A stretch of DNA of 39,529 bases from an uncultured Aminicenantes bacterium (GTDB lineage Bacteria > Acidobacteriota > Aminicenantia > UBA2199). This document shows, piece after piece, positions 16,902 through 26,300 of this stretch. Location: the NCBI GenBank assembly GCA_965195285.1, contig CBDAFS010000018.1, positions 1-39,529 of the forward strand. Direction: 5' to 3'. The stretch's first letter is position 1, and each line of letters begins with the position of its first letter. The translations under genes were made by a program, and so were the position numbers. The notes beneath the pieces are model-generated. The model worked only from the letters and a program-made list of their open reading frames with translations. It did no database searches and was not told the DNA's origin.

Positions 16902-19568
16902 CTATATTTTGAAGCGATAGGTGAATTTCAGCATGAAAATATTGTCACCCGGGGCCTTGACCATTCGGCCGATATCCCTTCCGAAAGCGAAATCCCCCGG
17001 GTCCTCATAGTCAGCCCGGTTCTGGGTCCACACCAGGTAGAGGGTGGACCCGGCTCTGAATTCCCATCTTAACACCACGGTTCCACGGAGTGATTTCAAG
17101 TTAAAATTCGGATCGGATATGGTAAAAATTTCTCCGCCGTCACCCGGATTGATGGTGTATGTTTCATCCTCATAGGAAATGGTGGAGGTTCCGGAGCCGT
17201 ATACATTAAAATCGTAACTTCTGGGCCGGGCAAATTCTTTCAGGTTGGTATAATTGCCCACCGAGATAAAGGGCTGTATATAGGCCTGGAGACTGAGCCT
17301 GGGTGAAAAGATCCAGTTCAACCTGATAGAACAGGACAGGGTTTTCTGGTCCAGGTTGGCAAAAATATAGCGTGTGCCATAGGTGTCGGTCATTACTTCA
17401 TCTTCGATATTGGAAACCCACTGGGAACTGTTCATCCCGTGCTGATAGTTTGGGGAAATGGATATATAAAAATTGGATCCGGGCTTCCATTCCAGAGAAA
17501 TGGCAACTGCATGTGTGGTTCTTCCCCAGTCATTGACCAGGTGATATCCACTGAAATTGAAAACCAGTGGTTTTCGTCGGTCACTGAAAATGCCCCAGTC
17601 ATACCAGGTGTAAGTTTGAAGGAGCATCAAAGGGCCGCCGCGGGTCCGGGTTTGATCCCATCGCTCGGGATTGTAACTCATCTGAAAGTAAACCTCCCAG
17701 AAATTTTTCAGTTTGACATTGGCAATACAGATTAATCGTTGTTCCCCGACCAGGTCCCAGTTAAAATTGTAATTCCTCTGGGTAAAGAACAACAGGTTCC
17801 ATTCACGGATAAATTTCCATTTTTTGAAAGACTGATATCCAACCATTATATGGCCGTTAATCACATCAGCGCTCCATTGAAAACCAATATCCCTGGAGTC
17901 AAATCCTGGCGAAATCATCCCCAATGCCACATTGAAAAGAAAGTTTCCATTCTCTTTATTCAAGGTAAAACGGCCTGACCAGCCGTTTAAAGTGGTGGCA
18001 TTATCTTCCAGTTCGACATGATCCTGGTCCGGACGCTGGTAGTAATGAGGCCAGGATTGTTGAAGATCATAAATCCTTTCTTTGCTGCCTGAGACCTGTG
18101 TGCCTCCCAGCCATCCGGTCAGAACCCAGACCTTTTTTTTATCCAAAAAGGTCCAGCCGTCAATTCCCAGGCTGAAGGCTTTTTCATTGAGCGTGGCCTC
18201 CAGGTTTTCATCGCGAAGGTCTCTGAGCACCGAAGTGGCAATGAAACCCAGGCCCTGTCTACCCTCATTGAATTCTTTGCTCAACCGCAGAACCGTGTAA
18301 TTGGAAAATGGCTCTACCTCGGCCTGGGATCGTTCTCCGTTGAAATCAACCTGGGCATACTCCCTCTGGGTCATGGCATTCATAAACCCGAGATTCCATT
18401 CCTTTCCGATTTTGCCGGTTATCTTGGCGGCCATCAGAATGGTGGTCATATCCGGATACCAGACATGACCATCGGTATCAACGGATCCCTGGGGAGCATG
18501 ACCGATTCTTCGGCTGTAAAATAAACGGGGATCTCCCCAGTCGGCACCGATATTGCTGGTGGCACCACCGATGCCGAACCTGAATATATTGGCACCTTCT
18601 AAAAAAAACGGTCGCTTTTCGTTGTAATAGGTTTCAGCTGCACTAAGATTGATCACGGCCGGATCAACTTCCACCTGGCCGAAATCCGGGTTTATGGATA
18701 AATCCAGGGTCAGGTTGCTTTTAAGACCGTATTTAATATCCATCCCGCTGTTGGCTGAAAAATCCTCTCCGGTGGCGAATGGATTTCCCTCTTCCTCAGT
18801 ACTGAAATCGGCCTTTCCCACCAGGTAGGGGGTTATTTCAAAGAGTTTTTTGGGTTTTATCTGCCTCATGCCATTCATCCGGGCAAATCGGGAGACAAAA
18901 CCACTTTCGGTTTTGGGGCACCAGGAAAAAATGACGATTTCGTTTTTTCTTTTAATATAGCGTTTGAAATTGACCCCCCATATGTATTCCCCGTCCTCTT
19001 TCCGTTTGAATCTCAACTGGTCAAAGGGGATTTTCATTTCAACCGTCCAGCCCCCTTCATCGATTTGGGTCTTGGCTTCCCAGATTCCATCCCATGAGCT
19101 GTCATCCCAGCTGTCATTGTACATGGTCCAGTCGGCAATGGAACCCGAGGGATTGACTGCAAATTTAAATCCGCTGCGCCGGTCATAATAGGGATCCACA
19201 TAGAATAGAAAGTAGTCGGCATCCACAAAATCATCTCTTCGGGCCAGCAGGCTGATGATTTTTTGGGGCTCGGAATCGTGCATCCGGGCGGCCACATAAA
19301 TGGCATTGTCGTCATAGGCCAGCCAAACCTCGGTTTTTTCAGTGGGCGGTTGACCGTCATCCGGATCGGTCTGGGTAAATCCGCTGATGCTCTTTCCCTG
19401 CCAGACCTTTTCGTTGAGCTGACCATCCAGGGTTACTTTTTCAACGAGTCGAATCGCCTTGATGCTCTTCTGCTTCCACTCCCATTTTTCCTCTTTGGCA
19501 AATAGAGAGTTGACAAGTACCAAACCAAGAAAGATACAAAAAAATTTCTTTGTTAATGGATGGCTCAT
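16902..19568 (-). CDS. Secreted/outer-membrane DUF5916 protein with N-terminal CBM9-like domain
   Basis: 888 aa. Signal peptide, LDGQLNEKVW, WTVEMKIPFDQLRF, INPDFGQVEVD, EKRPFFLEG, LFYSRRIG and beta-barrel-like C terminus FMLKFTYRFKI. Confidence 0.78.
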   Translation of the reverse strand: MSHPLTKKFFCIFLGLVLVNSLFAKEEKWEWKQKSIKAIRLVEKVTLDGQLNEKVWQGKSISGFTQTDPDDGQPPTEKTEVWLAYDDNAIYVAARMHDSEPQKIISLLARRDDFVDADYFLFYVDPYYDRRSGFKFAVNPSGSIADWTMYNDSWDDSSWDGIWEAKTQIDEGGWTVEMKIPFDQLRFKRKEDGEYIWGVNFKRYIKRKNEIVIFSWCPKTESGFVSRFARMNGMRQIKPKKLFEITPYLVGKADFSTEEEGNPFATGEDFSANSGMDIKYGLKSNLTLDLSINPDFGQVEVDPAVINLSAAETYYNEKRPFFLEGANIFRFGIGGATSNIGADWGDPRLFYSRRIGHAPQGSVDTDGHVWYPDMTTILMAAKITGKIGKEWNLGFMNAMTQREYAQVDFNGERSQAEVEPFSNYTVLRLSKEFNEGRQGLGFIATSVLRDLRDENLEATLNEKAFSLGIDGWTFLDKKKVWVLTGWLGGTQVSGSKERIYDLQQSWPHYYQRPDQDHVELEDNATTLNGWSGRFTLNKENGNFLFNVALGMISPGFDSRDIGFQWSADVINGHIMVGYQSFKKWKFIREWNLLFFTQRNYNFNWDLVGEQRLICIANVKLKNFWEVYFQMSYNPERWDQTRTRGGPLMLLQTYTWYDWGIFSDRRKPLVFNFSGYHLVNDWGRTTHAVAISLEWKPGSNFYISISPNYQHGMNSSQWVSNIEDEVMTDTYGTRYIFANLDQKTLSCSIRLNWIFSPRLSLQAYIQPFISVGNYTNLKEFARPRSYDFNVYGSGTSTISYEDETYTINPGDGGEIFTISDPNFNLKSLRGTVVLRWEFRAGSTLYLVWTQNRADYEDPGDFAFGRDIGRMVKAPGDNIFMLKFTYRFKI

Positions 19569-19650
19569 AAAACCTCCTGAATGATTATGGTTCTGTTCAA
19601 TTTCATATTCTGTTCATAATATAATTTAGTTCCAAATGATATTCGCCCGA

Positions 19651-19691
19651 TATTGCAATTTCGTACCGGGAACAGGTACGAAATTGCAATA
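19651..19691. repeat. Perfect 17-bp inverted repeat (hairpin, 7-nt loop)
   Basis: TATTGCAATTTCGTACC-gggaaca-GGTACGAAATTGCAATA. Confidence 0.9.
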
Positions 19692-19703
19692 CCGAACATT
19701 TAT

Positions 19704-19732
19704 TTAGACGGGATTTTTAAAAAAAAGTTACA
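19704..19732 (-). promoter_or_regulatory. ECF-sigma-type promoter upstream of the DUF5916 gene
   Basis: Minus-strand TGTAAC-N16-CGTCTAA, matching the AAC/CGT architecture of ECF promoters. Confidence 0.6.
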
Positions 19733-19837
19733 CTTTTCTATCCCTCTAACAAATTCCTTGATTATAAAATATGGTTATACTACTATGTATAGGAACCCGG
19801 GAAAGTATTTTCCTGTGGTGTGTTGAGGAAATTCCGA

Positions 19838-19987
19838 ATGGTTGTTGATCCACCGAACCCGCAGTCAATAATGAAGCAGGATAGTCTTCGTTTCATCGGC
19901 TACTTTCTGCTGGCCGTTTTTTTAATGCCCATCATCATTTCCGGTTTCGGTGGTACCGGCTGGTTCAAATTGGAAAATATCTCTTAA
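19838..19987 (+). CDS. Candidate 49-aa small membrane protein (not in the ORF track)
   Basis: GAGGAA 7 nt before ATG 19838. MVVDPPNPQSIMKQDSLRFIGYFLLAVFLMPIIISGFGGTGWFKLENIS, with one hydrophobic segment; ends TAATAA. Confidence 0.35.
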   Translation: MVVDPPNPQSIMKQDSLRFIGYFLLAVFLMPIIISGFGGTGWFKLENIS

Positions 19988-20080
19988 TAATCCGGAAAAA
20001 CCTTTTTTGACAAAATGATGTATAATAAATGACATAGGTTTATATTTTTGTCACATGTTTTTTGTATAAGAGGAAGTAAA

Positions 20081-23000
20081 ATGAATAACATGAGTCTTAA
20101 AATTTTTATTCCCGCTTTGATGATAATCATATTATTGGCTGCCGGAATGGCTTACGGGCAGACCAAGTTACTGCGCTTCCCGGATATTCACGGCAATGAA
20201 GTGGTGTTCTGTTACGGGGGTGATTTGTGGAAGGCTTCCGTTTCAGGAGGTTTAGCAACCCGCCTGACCGCGCACCCGGGACAGGAGTTGTTTCCCAAAT
20301 TTTCACCGGATGGAAAACGGATTGCTTTTACCGGCCAGTACGATGGCGATGAACAGGTATATGTGATTCCTTCAACCGGAGGAATCCCAAAACAGCTCAC
20401 CTATTATCCGGCCCGGGGCCCGATGGCACCACGCTGGGGCTATGACAACCAGGTATATGGCTGGACACCGGATGGAAAAAAAGTATTGATCCGGTCTCTG
20501 CGGGATGCCAATGGCGGGAGTGTAGAGACTGCCCTTTATACTGTCAGCTACAAGGGAGGATTGCCGGATAAACTGGTCATGCCGTCATCCGGTGCCGGGG
20601 ATTTCTCACCGGATGGAACCCGGATGGTTTATTCTCCGCTGTGCCGGGATTTTCGTACCTGGAAGCGCTATCAGGGCGGATGGGCCCAGGATCTATATGT
20701 TTTCAATTTACAGACTTATGAAGCCAAAAAAATTGCGGAAAGTAAACGCAGTGAACGGGATCCCATGTGGATCGGGGATAAAATTTACTTTTCATCGGAC
20801 CGGGACGGAACCCTGAATCTATTCGGGTATAATCCGGCTGATGGTTCGGTGACCCAGCTGACCAGTAATAAAAAGTGGGATGTGCGCTGGCCCTCCTCTG
20901 ATAATCTGAACCGGATTGTCTATGAGTTGAATGGAGAGCTGAATATTTATGATGTTCAAAAAAAATCCAATCAGAAGATCGGTATAACCGTAACCAATGA
21001 TGGGATTGCCATGAGGCCTTCCCGTTATCCGGCCTATAAGAATATTGAAGATTACGAACTGTCACCCAAAGGCGAACGGGCCCTTTTTGTGGCCCGTGGA
21101 GATGTTTTCACCCTGCCCATAAAAGAGGGACCCACCCGCAATTTAACCAATTCATCCCATGCCCATGATAAATGGGCCCGCTGGTCACCCGATGGTGCCC
21201 GGATTGCCTTTATCTCCGATATGAGCGGTGAAGAACAGGTGTATTTGATCAATCAGGATGGCAGCGGTCAACCCGTGCAACTAACCGATCAATTCAAGGT
21301 CATGCTCTATGCCCCGGCCTGGTCACCGGATGGAAAGCGGCTGGCCTTTTCCGATAAGGACGGCAAACTCTATGTGATGACAATTGCCGATCGCCAGGTG
21401 GTGGAAATTGCGGATGATCGGTATGGTGATATATTTGATTATCGATGGTCACCCAATGGGGGCCACATCGCTTTTTCCATGAACAATCAAAATACCTACC
21501 GTTCGTTATATGTCTGGAGTGTGACAGAAGGAAAATTACACCGAATTACCGGCGAATACTTCAATGAATACTATCCGTTCTGGGGCCCCTCAGGCAATTA
21601 TCTCTATTATCTTGCCGACCGGGAATTCGCGCCTCAGATCAGTTCCTGGGAATGGAATTTTGCCGGTAACCGGGAAACCGGAATCTTTGTCCTGGCCCTT
21701 CGAAAAAATGTGAAACACCCGTTTCCTTCAAAGAGCGATGAAGTAACTGTTGGTAGTCTGAAAAACGACCCAAAAAAAATTGAAAAAAAGGGTAAAAAGA
21801 AGGGATCCATTGGTAGTAAATATATATTAATTGATTATGCGGGCCTGGCCAACCGGGTTAGCCGGGTTCCGGTGAAAACCGATAATATGTCCGGTCTTGA
21901 GGTTACCGACGAATATGTGATTTACCTGACCCGGGGTGCCTTTTTTTATGGCCGGAAAAGCTACAAAAAGGCCGGACTTCAAATTTTTTCCCTGAAGGAT
22001 CGAAAAACATCCACTCTGGCCGATGGGGTGTCCGGATATGCTTTTTCCTTTGACCACAAAAAAGTTTTACTCCGTCAGGATCAATCCTATCATGTGATGG
22101 ATGTCAAACCCCAGGCCAAGGATAAAAAAACCATATCTATCAAAAGCATGATGGTGGACCGTATTCCGGCCCAGGAATGGGCAGCCATATTCAGAGAAGT
22201 ATGGCGGCGCTACCGGGACTTTTTTTATGTGAAAAACATGCATGGAAATGACTGGAAAGTCCTGGGGAATCAGTACAGCGAATGGCTGAAACATGTGGCC
22301 CATCGGTCTGACCTGAACTATGTGCTGGGTGAGATGGTTGCCGAGCTGAGTGCCGGGCACTGTTATATTCAGGGTGGTGATTTCGAGATTCCGAAACGCC
22401 CCCGGGTGGGTCTTCCCGGAGCCCGGTTTGCCCTGGATGAAAAAGCCGGCCGCTATCGTATTGTTGAAATCTTTCAGGGTGATAACCAGGAGGCCAGATA
22501 CCGGGCCCCACTAACCGAAGTGGGAATTGATCTTAATGTCAATGATTATGTCCTGGCCATTGATGGCGAAGAACTCCGGGCCAATGACAATCCCTACCGG
22601 TTGCTGCAGCATAAGACCGATCCGGTTACCCTGACCGTAAACCGTACTCCCAACCTGGCCGGGGCCCGGAAGGTCACCTACCGACCCGTATTCAGTGAAG
22701 CCAAATTACTCTATCACGCCTGGGTTTCACATAATCGAAAAAAAGTCGATCAGATGACCGATGGACGGGTGGGGTATATTCATCTGCCGGATATGGGGGC
22801 GGATGGAATCTATGAGTTTATCAAGTGGTATTATCCCCAAATCCGAAAGGAGGGGCTCATTGTGGACGTGAGATCCAATGGCGGCGGTAATGTTTCCCAG
22901 ATGATTATCGAGCGCCTGGATACCAAACTGCTGGGTACCCGCTTTGGAAATTCCAGTGATGAACCCATTACCTATCCCTATTCGGTTTTTTACGGTCATT

Positions 23001-23371
23001 TGGTTTGTCTGATCAATGAGACTTCGGCATCAGATGGGGATATCTTCCCCCATTATTTCCGTGAGTCAGGCCTGGGCCCCCTGATCGGCAAGCGGACCTG
23101 GGGCGGTGTTGTGGGTATTTCAGGTCGGGGGCCTCTCATCGATGGCGGGCAGGTCTATGTGCCGCTGCGTGGAACCAATAATATTAAAGGTAATTGGGTT
23201 ATCGAAGGTTATGGGGTCGATCCGGATATTGAAGTAGAGAATGATCCCCAATCCATCTTGAAGGGAAGGGATCCCCAATTGGAAAGAGGTGTCAGCGAAG
23301 TCCTGAAAAAGATCGAGCAGAATCCCCGCCGATTACCCAGGAGACCGGCTGATCCGGTGAAAACCAAATAG
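20081..23371 (+). CDS. Tricorn protease homolog (S41 peptidase, PD40 propellers, PDZ)
   Basis: Signal peptide, LLRFPDIHG, repeated (F/W)SPDG, WKRYQGG, RVGYIHLPDM, DVRSNGGG, catalytic SASDGD, GKRTWGG, EGYGVDPDI; AGGAAG RBS before ATG 20081. Confidence 0.93.
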   Translation: MNNMSLKIFIPALMIIILLAAGMAYGQTKLLRFPDIHGNEVVFCYGGDLWKASVSGGLATRLTAHPGQELFPKFSPDGKRIAFTGQYDGDEQVYVIPSTGGIPKQLTYYPARGPMAPRWGYDNQVYGWTPDGKKVLIRSLRDANGGSVETALYTVSYKGGLPDKLVMPSSGAGDFSPDGTRMVYSPLCRDFRTWKRYQGGWAQDLYVFNLQTYEAKKIAESKRSERDPMWIGDKIYFSSDRDGTLNLFGYNPADGSVTQLTSNKKWDVRWPSSDNLNRIVYELNGELNIYDVQKKSNQKIGITVTNDGIAMRPSRYPAYKNIEDYELSPKGERALFVARGDVFTLPIKEGPTRNLTNSSHAHDKWARWSPDGARIAFISDMSGEEQVYLINQDGSGQPVQLTDQFKVMLYAPAWSPDGKRLAFSDKDGKLYVMTIADRQVVEIADDRYGDIFDYRWSPNGGHIAFSMNNQNTYRSLYVWSVTEGKLHRITGEYFNEYYPFWGPSGNYLYYLADREFAPQISSWEWNFAGNRETGIFVLALRKNVKHPFPSKSDEVTVGSLKNDPKKIEKKGKKKGSIGSKYILIDYAGLANRVSRVPVKTDNMSGLEVTDEYVIYLTRGAFFYGRKSYKKAGLQIFSLKDRKTSTLADGVSGYAFSFDHKKVLLRQDQSYHVMDVKPQAKDKKTISIKSMMVDRIPAQEWAAIFREVWRRYRDFFYVKNMHGNDWKVLGNQYSEWLKHVAHRSDLNYVLGEMVAELSAGHCYIQGGDFEIPKRPRVGLPGARFALDEKAGRYRIVEIFQGDNQEARYRAPLTEVGIDLNVNDYVLAIDGEELRANDNPYRLLQHKTDPVTLTVNRTPNLAGARKVTYRPVFSEAKLLYHAWVSHNRKKVDQMTDGRVGYIHLPDMGADGIYEFIKWYYPQIRKEGLIVDVRSNGGGNVSQMIIERLDTKLLGTRFGNSSDEPITYPYSVFYGHLVCLINETSASDGDIFPHYFRESGLGPLIGKRTWGGVVGISGRGPLIDGGQVYVPLRGTNNIKGNWVIEGYGVDPDIEVENDPQSILKGRDPQLERGVSEVLKKIEQNPRRLPRRPADPVKTK

Positions 23372-23392
23372 TAAAATTAACCGGATTTACCC

Positions 23393-23432
23393 TGCCCGAT
23401 CCTTTCGCCAACCCAGAAACTGATATCGGGCA
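23393..23432. terminator. Possible stem-loop between convergent genes
   Basis: TGCCCGAT...ATCGGGCA 8-bp arms with a 24-nt loop and no clear U-tract. Confidence 0.25.
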
Positions 23433-23448
23433 ATATCTTGAATTCGGG

Positions 23449-24771
23449 TTAACTTTTTAAATACTCAACATATTTCTTCAATGCTTTTACAGCCTGGACC
23501 ATCAGGGGAGCGTTGTTAAGAACAAAGGCCTCTTCCTCGCTGCTGGTCCGGGGTGGTTGTCGTTTGAAATGCTGATAGGCCGTTTTACCATTATAGTCCA
23601 CGAAGGCCACCCGCCCTCCGAAATCATCGCTTTTCAACATGCAGGTATCACCGGTGACAATGGCAATATGGTGGGGATGGGAGAGCAGATGGGTGCCAAG
23701 TTCGTTCGAGGTCATCACCCCCTTTTTCTTCAAGTGCCCGGCTAACTGGTTGAAGTCGGTAAAAAAGTAAAAAGCCCCCTTCGGGTCAGTGGCCCGAATT
23801 CCCTCGACACGGTTGAATTCACGGCTCAGGAATTTTCCCATCAATTTGTGAATTTCGCGGGTAATATGAAAATATTCATCGATTTCAGGATGGGGCTGGT
23901 AGGCTTTTATTGCCGCATACTGGGTGGGGGTCGACACATTGGTATATATAGTAGCCGCTACTTTCTTGAAATCCTCGATTAATTCCTCCGAACAATTCAT
24001 GGGAAGGATACAGGAACCCAGGCGGTACCCGCCGGCAGAACGGTCTTTGGAAAGGCCGTTGGTCACAAATGTACCCTCCGGGTAAATCGTTCCCATACTG
24101 GTAAAAGTTTTGAAATCATAGGTGGTGAGGGCATAAATTTCATCAGCCAGAACCATGGTATTGTGCTTGATACAAATTTCAGCCAGCTTTTTCAATTCAG
24201 ACCGGTTGTACAGAACACCGGTGGGATTGTGGGGATTGTTTAAAATCAGGATGTGTTGTTCTTTATGCAATGCGGTCAAAAAGCGGTCCAGATCTCCGGG
24301 CTGAAGTTTGTAGTCAAACTCTGGCTTCAAATAGATGGTGTGAAAATGTTTCTCCAGCAATTTGACCTGGGGGTAGTAGCCTATCCAGGAGGGAGAAGGG
24401 ATGATTACATCACCTTTTACAATATTAAAAATGGTGTCGATCAGGGTCTTGGTTCCCGGGCCAATGACAATCCGGTCGGGATCCACCTCGAGATTAAAGT
24501 GGCGCCGGTTGAATTCCGCCACTGACTGGCGGAGTTCAAGTATACCCTCGGCAGCCGAGTAGTGACCCTTATCGGCATTTTCAGCCAGGGCCCGGGTCAT
24601 TATTTCCGGCACATGAAAGGGAGATTGGCCAAAAGCCAGCCCGTAAAATGGGTCATTACAACCGGATGACGAACATTTTTTCCTCTGTTCGCTTACCATT
24701 AATCCCACTTTAAGGTTATCGGGCATGACAATGGATTCCACTCCCGGTTCAATCAATATCTTTTCTAACAT
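23449..24771 (-). CDS. PLP-dependent aminotransferase class I/II
   Basis: GQSPF, YSAAEGILELR, LNNPHNPTG, DEIY and GLSKDRSAGGYRLG (PLP Lys). Start placed at ATG 24771 after GGAGG. Confidence 0.88.
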   Translation of the reverse strand: MLEKILIEPGVESIVMPDNLKVGLMVSEQRKKCSSSGCNDPFYGLAFGQSPFHVPEIMTRALAENADKGHYSAAEGILELRQSVAEFNRRHFNLEVDPDRIVIGPGTKTLIDTIFNIVKGDVIIPSPSWIGYYPQVKLLEKHFHTIYLKPEFDYKLQPGDLDRFLTALHKEQHILILNNPHNPTGVLYNRSELKKLAEICIKHNTMVLADEIYALTTYDFKTFTSMGTIYPEGTFVTNGLSKDRSAGGYRLGSCILPMNCSEELIEDFKKVAATIYTNVSTPTQYAAIKAYQPHPEIDEYFHITREIHKLMGKFLSREFNRVEGIRATDPKGAFYFFTDFNQLAGHLKKKGVMTSNELGTHLLSHPHHIAIVTGDTCMLKSDDFGGRVAFVDYNGKTAYQHFKRQPPRTSSEEEAFVLNNAPLMVQAVKALKKYVEYLKS

Positions 24772-24785
24772 GGGTAGCCTCCAAA

Positions 24786-25598
24786 TTATTTCAATAGCAG
24801 CAGGCTGAGGGCCATGAGGGCCATACCGGCACACAATCCGTAGATGGAGAGATGATGCTCCCCGTATTCTCTGGCCGCAGGGAGCAACTCATCCAGGGAG
24901 ATGAAAACCATGATTCCCGCTATTAGTCCGTACAGGATTCCATAAAGGGTTTCATTCAAAAAAGGCATGAGGATGATGTAGCCGATGACAGCGCCCACCG
25001 GTTCTGACAATCCGGAAAGAAAAGAATAGGTGAACGCTTTTTTTTTGCTACCGGTGGCAAAATAAATGGGTACGGAAACCGCAATACCTTCCGGGATATT
25101 GTGAATGGCAATGGCAACTGCAATGGGGATGCCAAATTTGATATTGCTCAGGGCAGCGGCAAAAGTGGCTATTCCCTCGGGAAAATTGTGGATAGCAATG
25201 ATCACGGCCGTGAAAACTCCCGTCCGGTAGAGTTTTTTGGTGTGCTTATCCTGAATAGGGCGCTGGATTTCTTCGATTCGATGAATTTCATGGGGATTTT
25301 TAACCGTGGGCACCATTTTATCGATAATTCCGGTGACCAAAATACCGGCGAAAAAACTGGAAACCGTAACCAGATATCCCTGCCCGCTCCCCAGCCTGGA
25401 TATGAGTAGGGCTTTGGATTCGGCGAACAGTTCCACAAAAGAAATGTAAATCATGACCCCGGCTGAAAATCCCAGTGAAACCGAGAGTAATTTGGTATTG
25501 GTTTTCTTGGTAAAAAATGCCAGGGCACTCCCGATGCCGGTGGATAAACCGGCAAACAGGGTTAAGCCAAAAGCAGTTATAATACTGGTGGTTTCCAA
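24786..25598 (-). CDS. zupT: ZIP-family divalent metal transporter ZupT
   Basis: 270 aa. LTLFAGLSTGIG, LGFSAGVMIYISF, HNFPEG, HNIPEG and GIMVFISLDELLP; TTG start. Confidence 0.93.
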   Translation of the reverse strand: METTSIITAFGLTLFAGLSTGIGSALAFFTKKTNTKLLSVSLGFSAGVMIYISFVELFAESKALLISRLGSGQGYLVTVSSFFAGILVTGIIDKMVPTVKNPHEIHRIEEIQRPIQDKHTKKLYRTGVFTAVIIAIHNFPEGIATFAAALSNIKFGIPIAVAIAIHNIPEGIAVSVPIYFATGSKKKAFTYSFLSGLSEPVGAVIGYIILMPFLNETLYGILYGLIAGIMVFISLDELLPAAREYGEHHLSIYGLCAGMALMALSLLLLK

Positions 25599-25622
25599 GT
25601 TGTTCTTCTAAAATTTATGGTT

Positions 25623-26153
25623 TCAATCCGCTTCCTGTTGAGTGGAATCAAACGGATTGGCTCCGGACAGCCTGCCGGAAAGCTCCCGGTCAATCATATA
25701 CAGCATTTGACCCTTTTCACCGGCTAAATTTAGCTTGTCGATAATCTCTCCGACCGAGGCCTCTTCTTCAACCTGCTCATCGACAAACCACTGAAGCAGG
25801 CTTCTGGAAGCATAGTCCTTTTCTGTCATGGTTAGATCCATCAGGTCGTTGATGCAGGCACTGATATGCTGCTCATGTTTCAGTGCGGCTTCAAAGGCTT
25901 TCAGGGTGGATCCCCATTTATGTTCAGGCTCCTTAATGGCCTGAAGCAGCACCCGGCCGCCTCTTTCGACAATATGGTGGTAGAATTTCATGGCATGAAA
26001 CATTTCTTCCTGAGCCTGTAATCTGAACCAGTGTGAGAATCCGGCCATACCCTGAGAATCAAAGTAAGTGGCCATGGATAGATACAGATAGGAAGAGAAG
26101 ATTTCCTCATTGATCTGCTGGTTGAAGGCATCGTTGATTTTTTTATCGATCAT
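25623..26153 (-). CDS. ftnA: Non-heme ferritin
   Basis: 176 aa. QINEEIFSSYLYLSM, QAQEEMFHAMKF, HEQHIS and LQWFVDEQVEEE ferroxidase residues; GGGAGG RBS. Confidence 0.93.
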   Translation of the reverse strand: MIDKKINDAFNQQINEEIFSSYLYLSMATYFDSQGMAGFSHWFRLQAQEEMFHAMKFYHHIVERGGRVLLQAIKEPEHKWGSTLKAFEAALKHEQHISACINDLMDLTMTEKDYASRSLLQWFVDEQVEEEASVGEIIDKLNLAGEKGQMLYMIDRELSGRLSGANPFDSTQQEAD

Positions 26154-26207
26154 TTTTTCCTCCCTTTCAAGTTTTCTTTTTATTCAAACTTGTTGGTTTT
26201 TAGATTG

Positions 26208-26233
26208 CAATGATTACAATCATGTAATCATTG
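26208..26233. promoter_or_regulatory. 11-4-11 perfect inverted repeat, likely repressor operator of ftnA
   Basis: CAATGATTACA-atca-TGTAATCATTG directly downstream of the predicted -10. Confidence 0.65.
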
Positions 26234-26239
26234 TTATTT

Positions 26240-26268
26240 ACTATAGTACAATTTTTTGTTTTTGTCAA
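26240..26268 (-). promoter_or_regulatory. Sigma70 promoter for ftnA-zupT-aminotransferase
   Basis: Minus-strand TTGACA (26268-26263), 17-nt spacer, TATAGT (26245-26240). Confidence 0.7.
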
Positions 26269-26300
26269 CATTTTTGACGCCTGACAGCAAGAAATCTTTC

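Noticed and set aside
20007-20026. TTGACA and TATAAT upstream of the tricorn gene
   Set aside because: The hexamers are only 8 nt apart, so they cannot form one sigma70 promoter; the true pairing is unclear.
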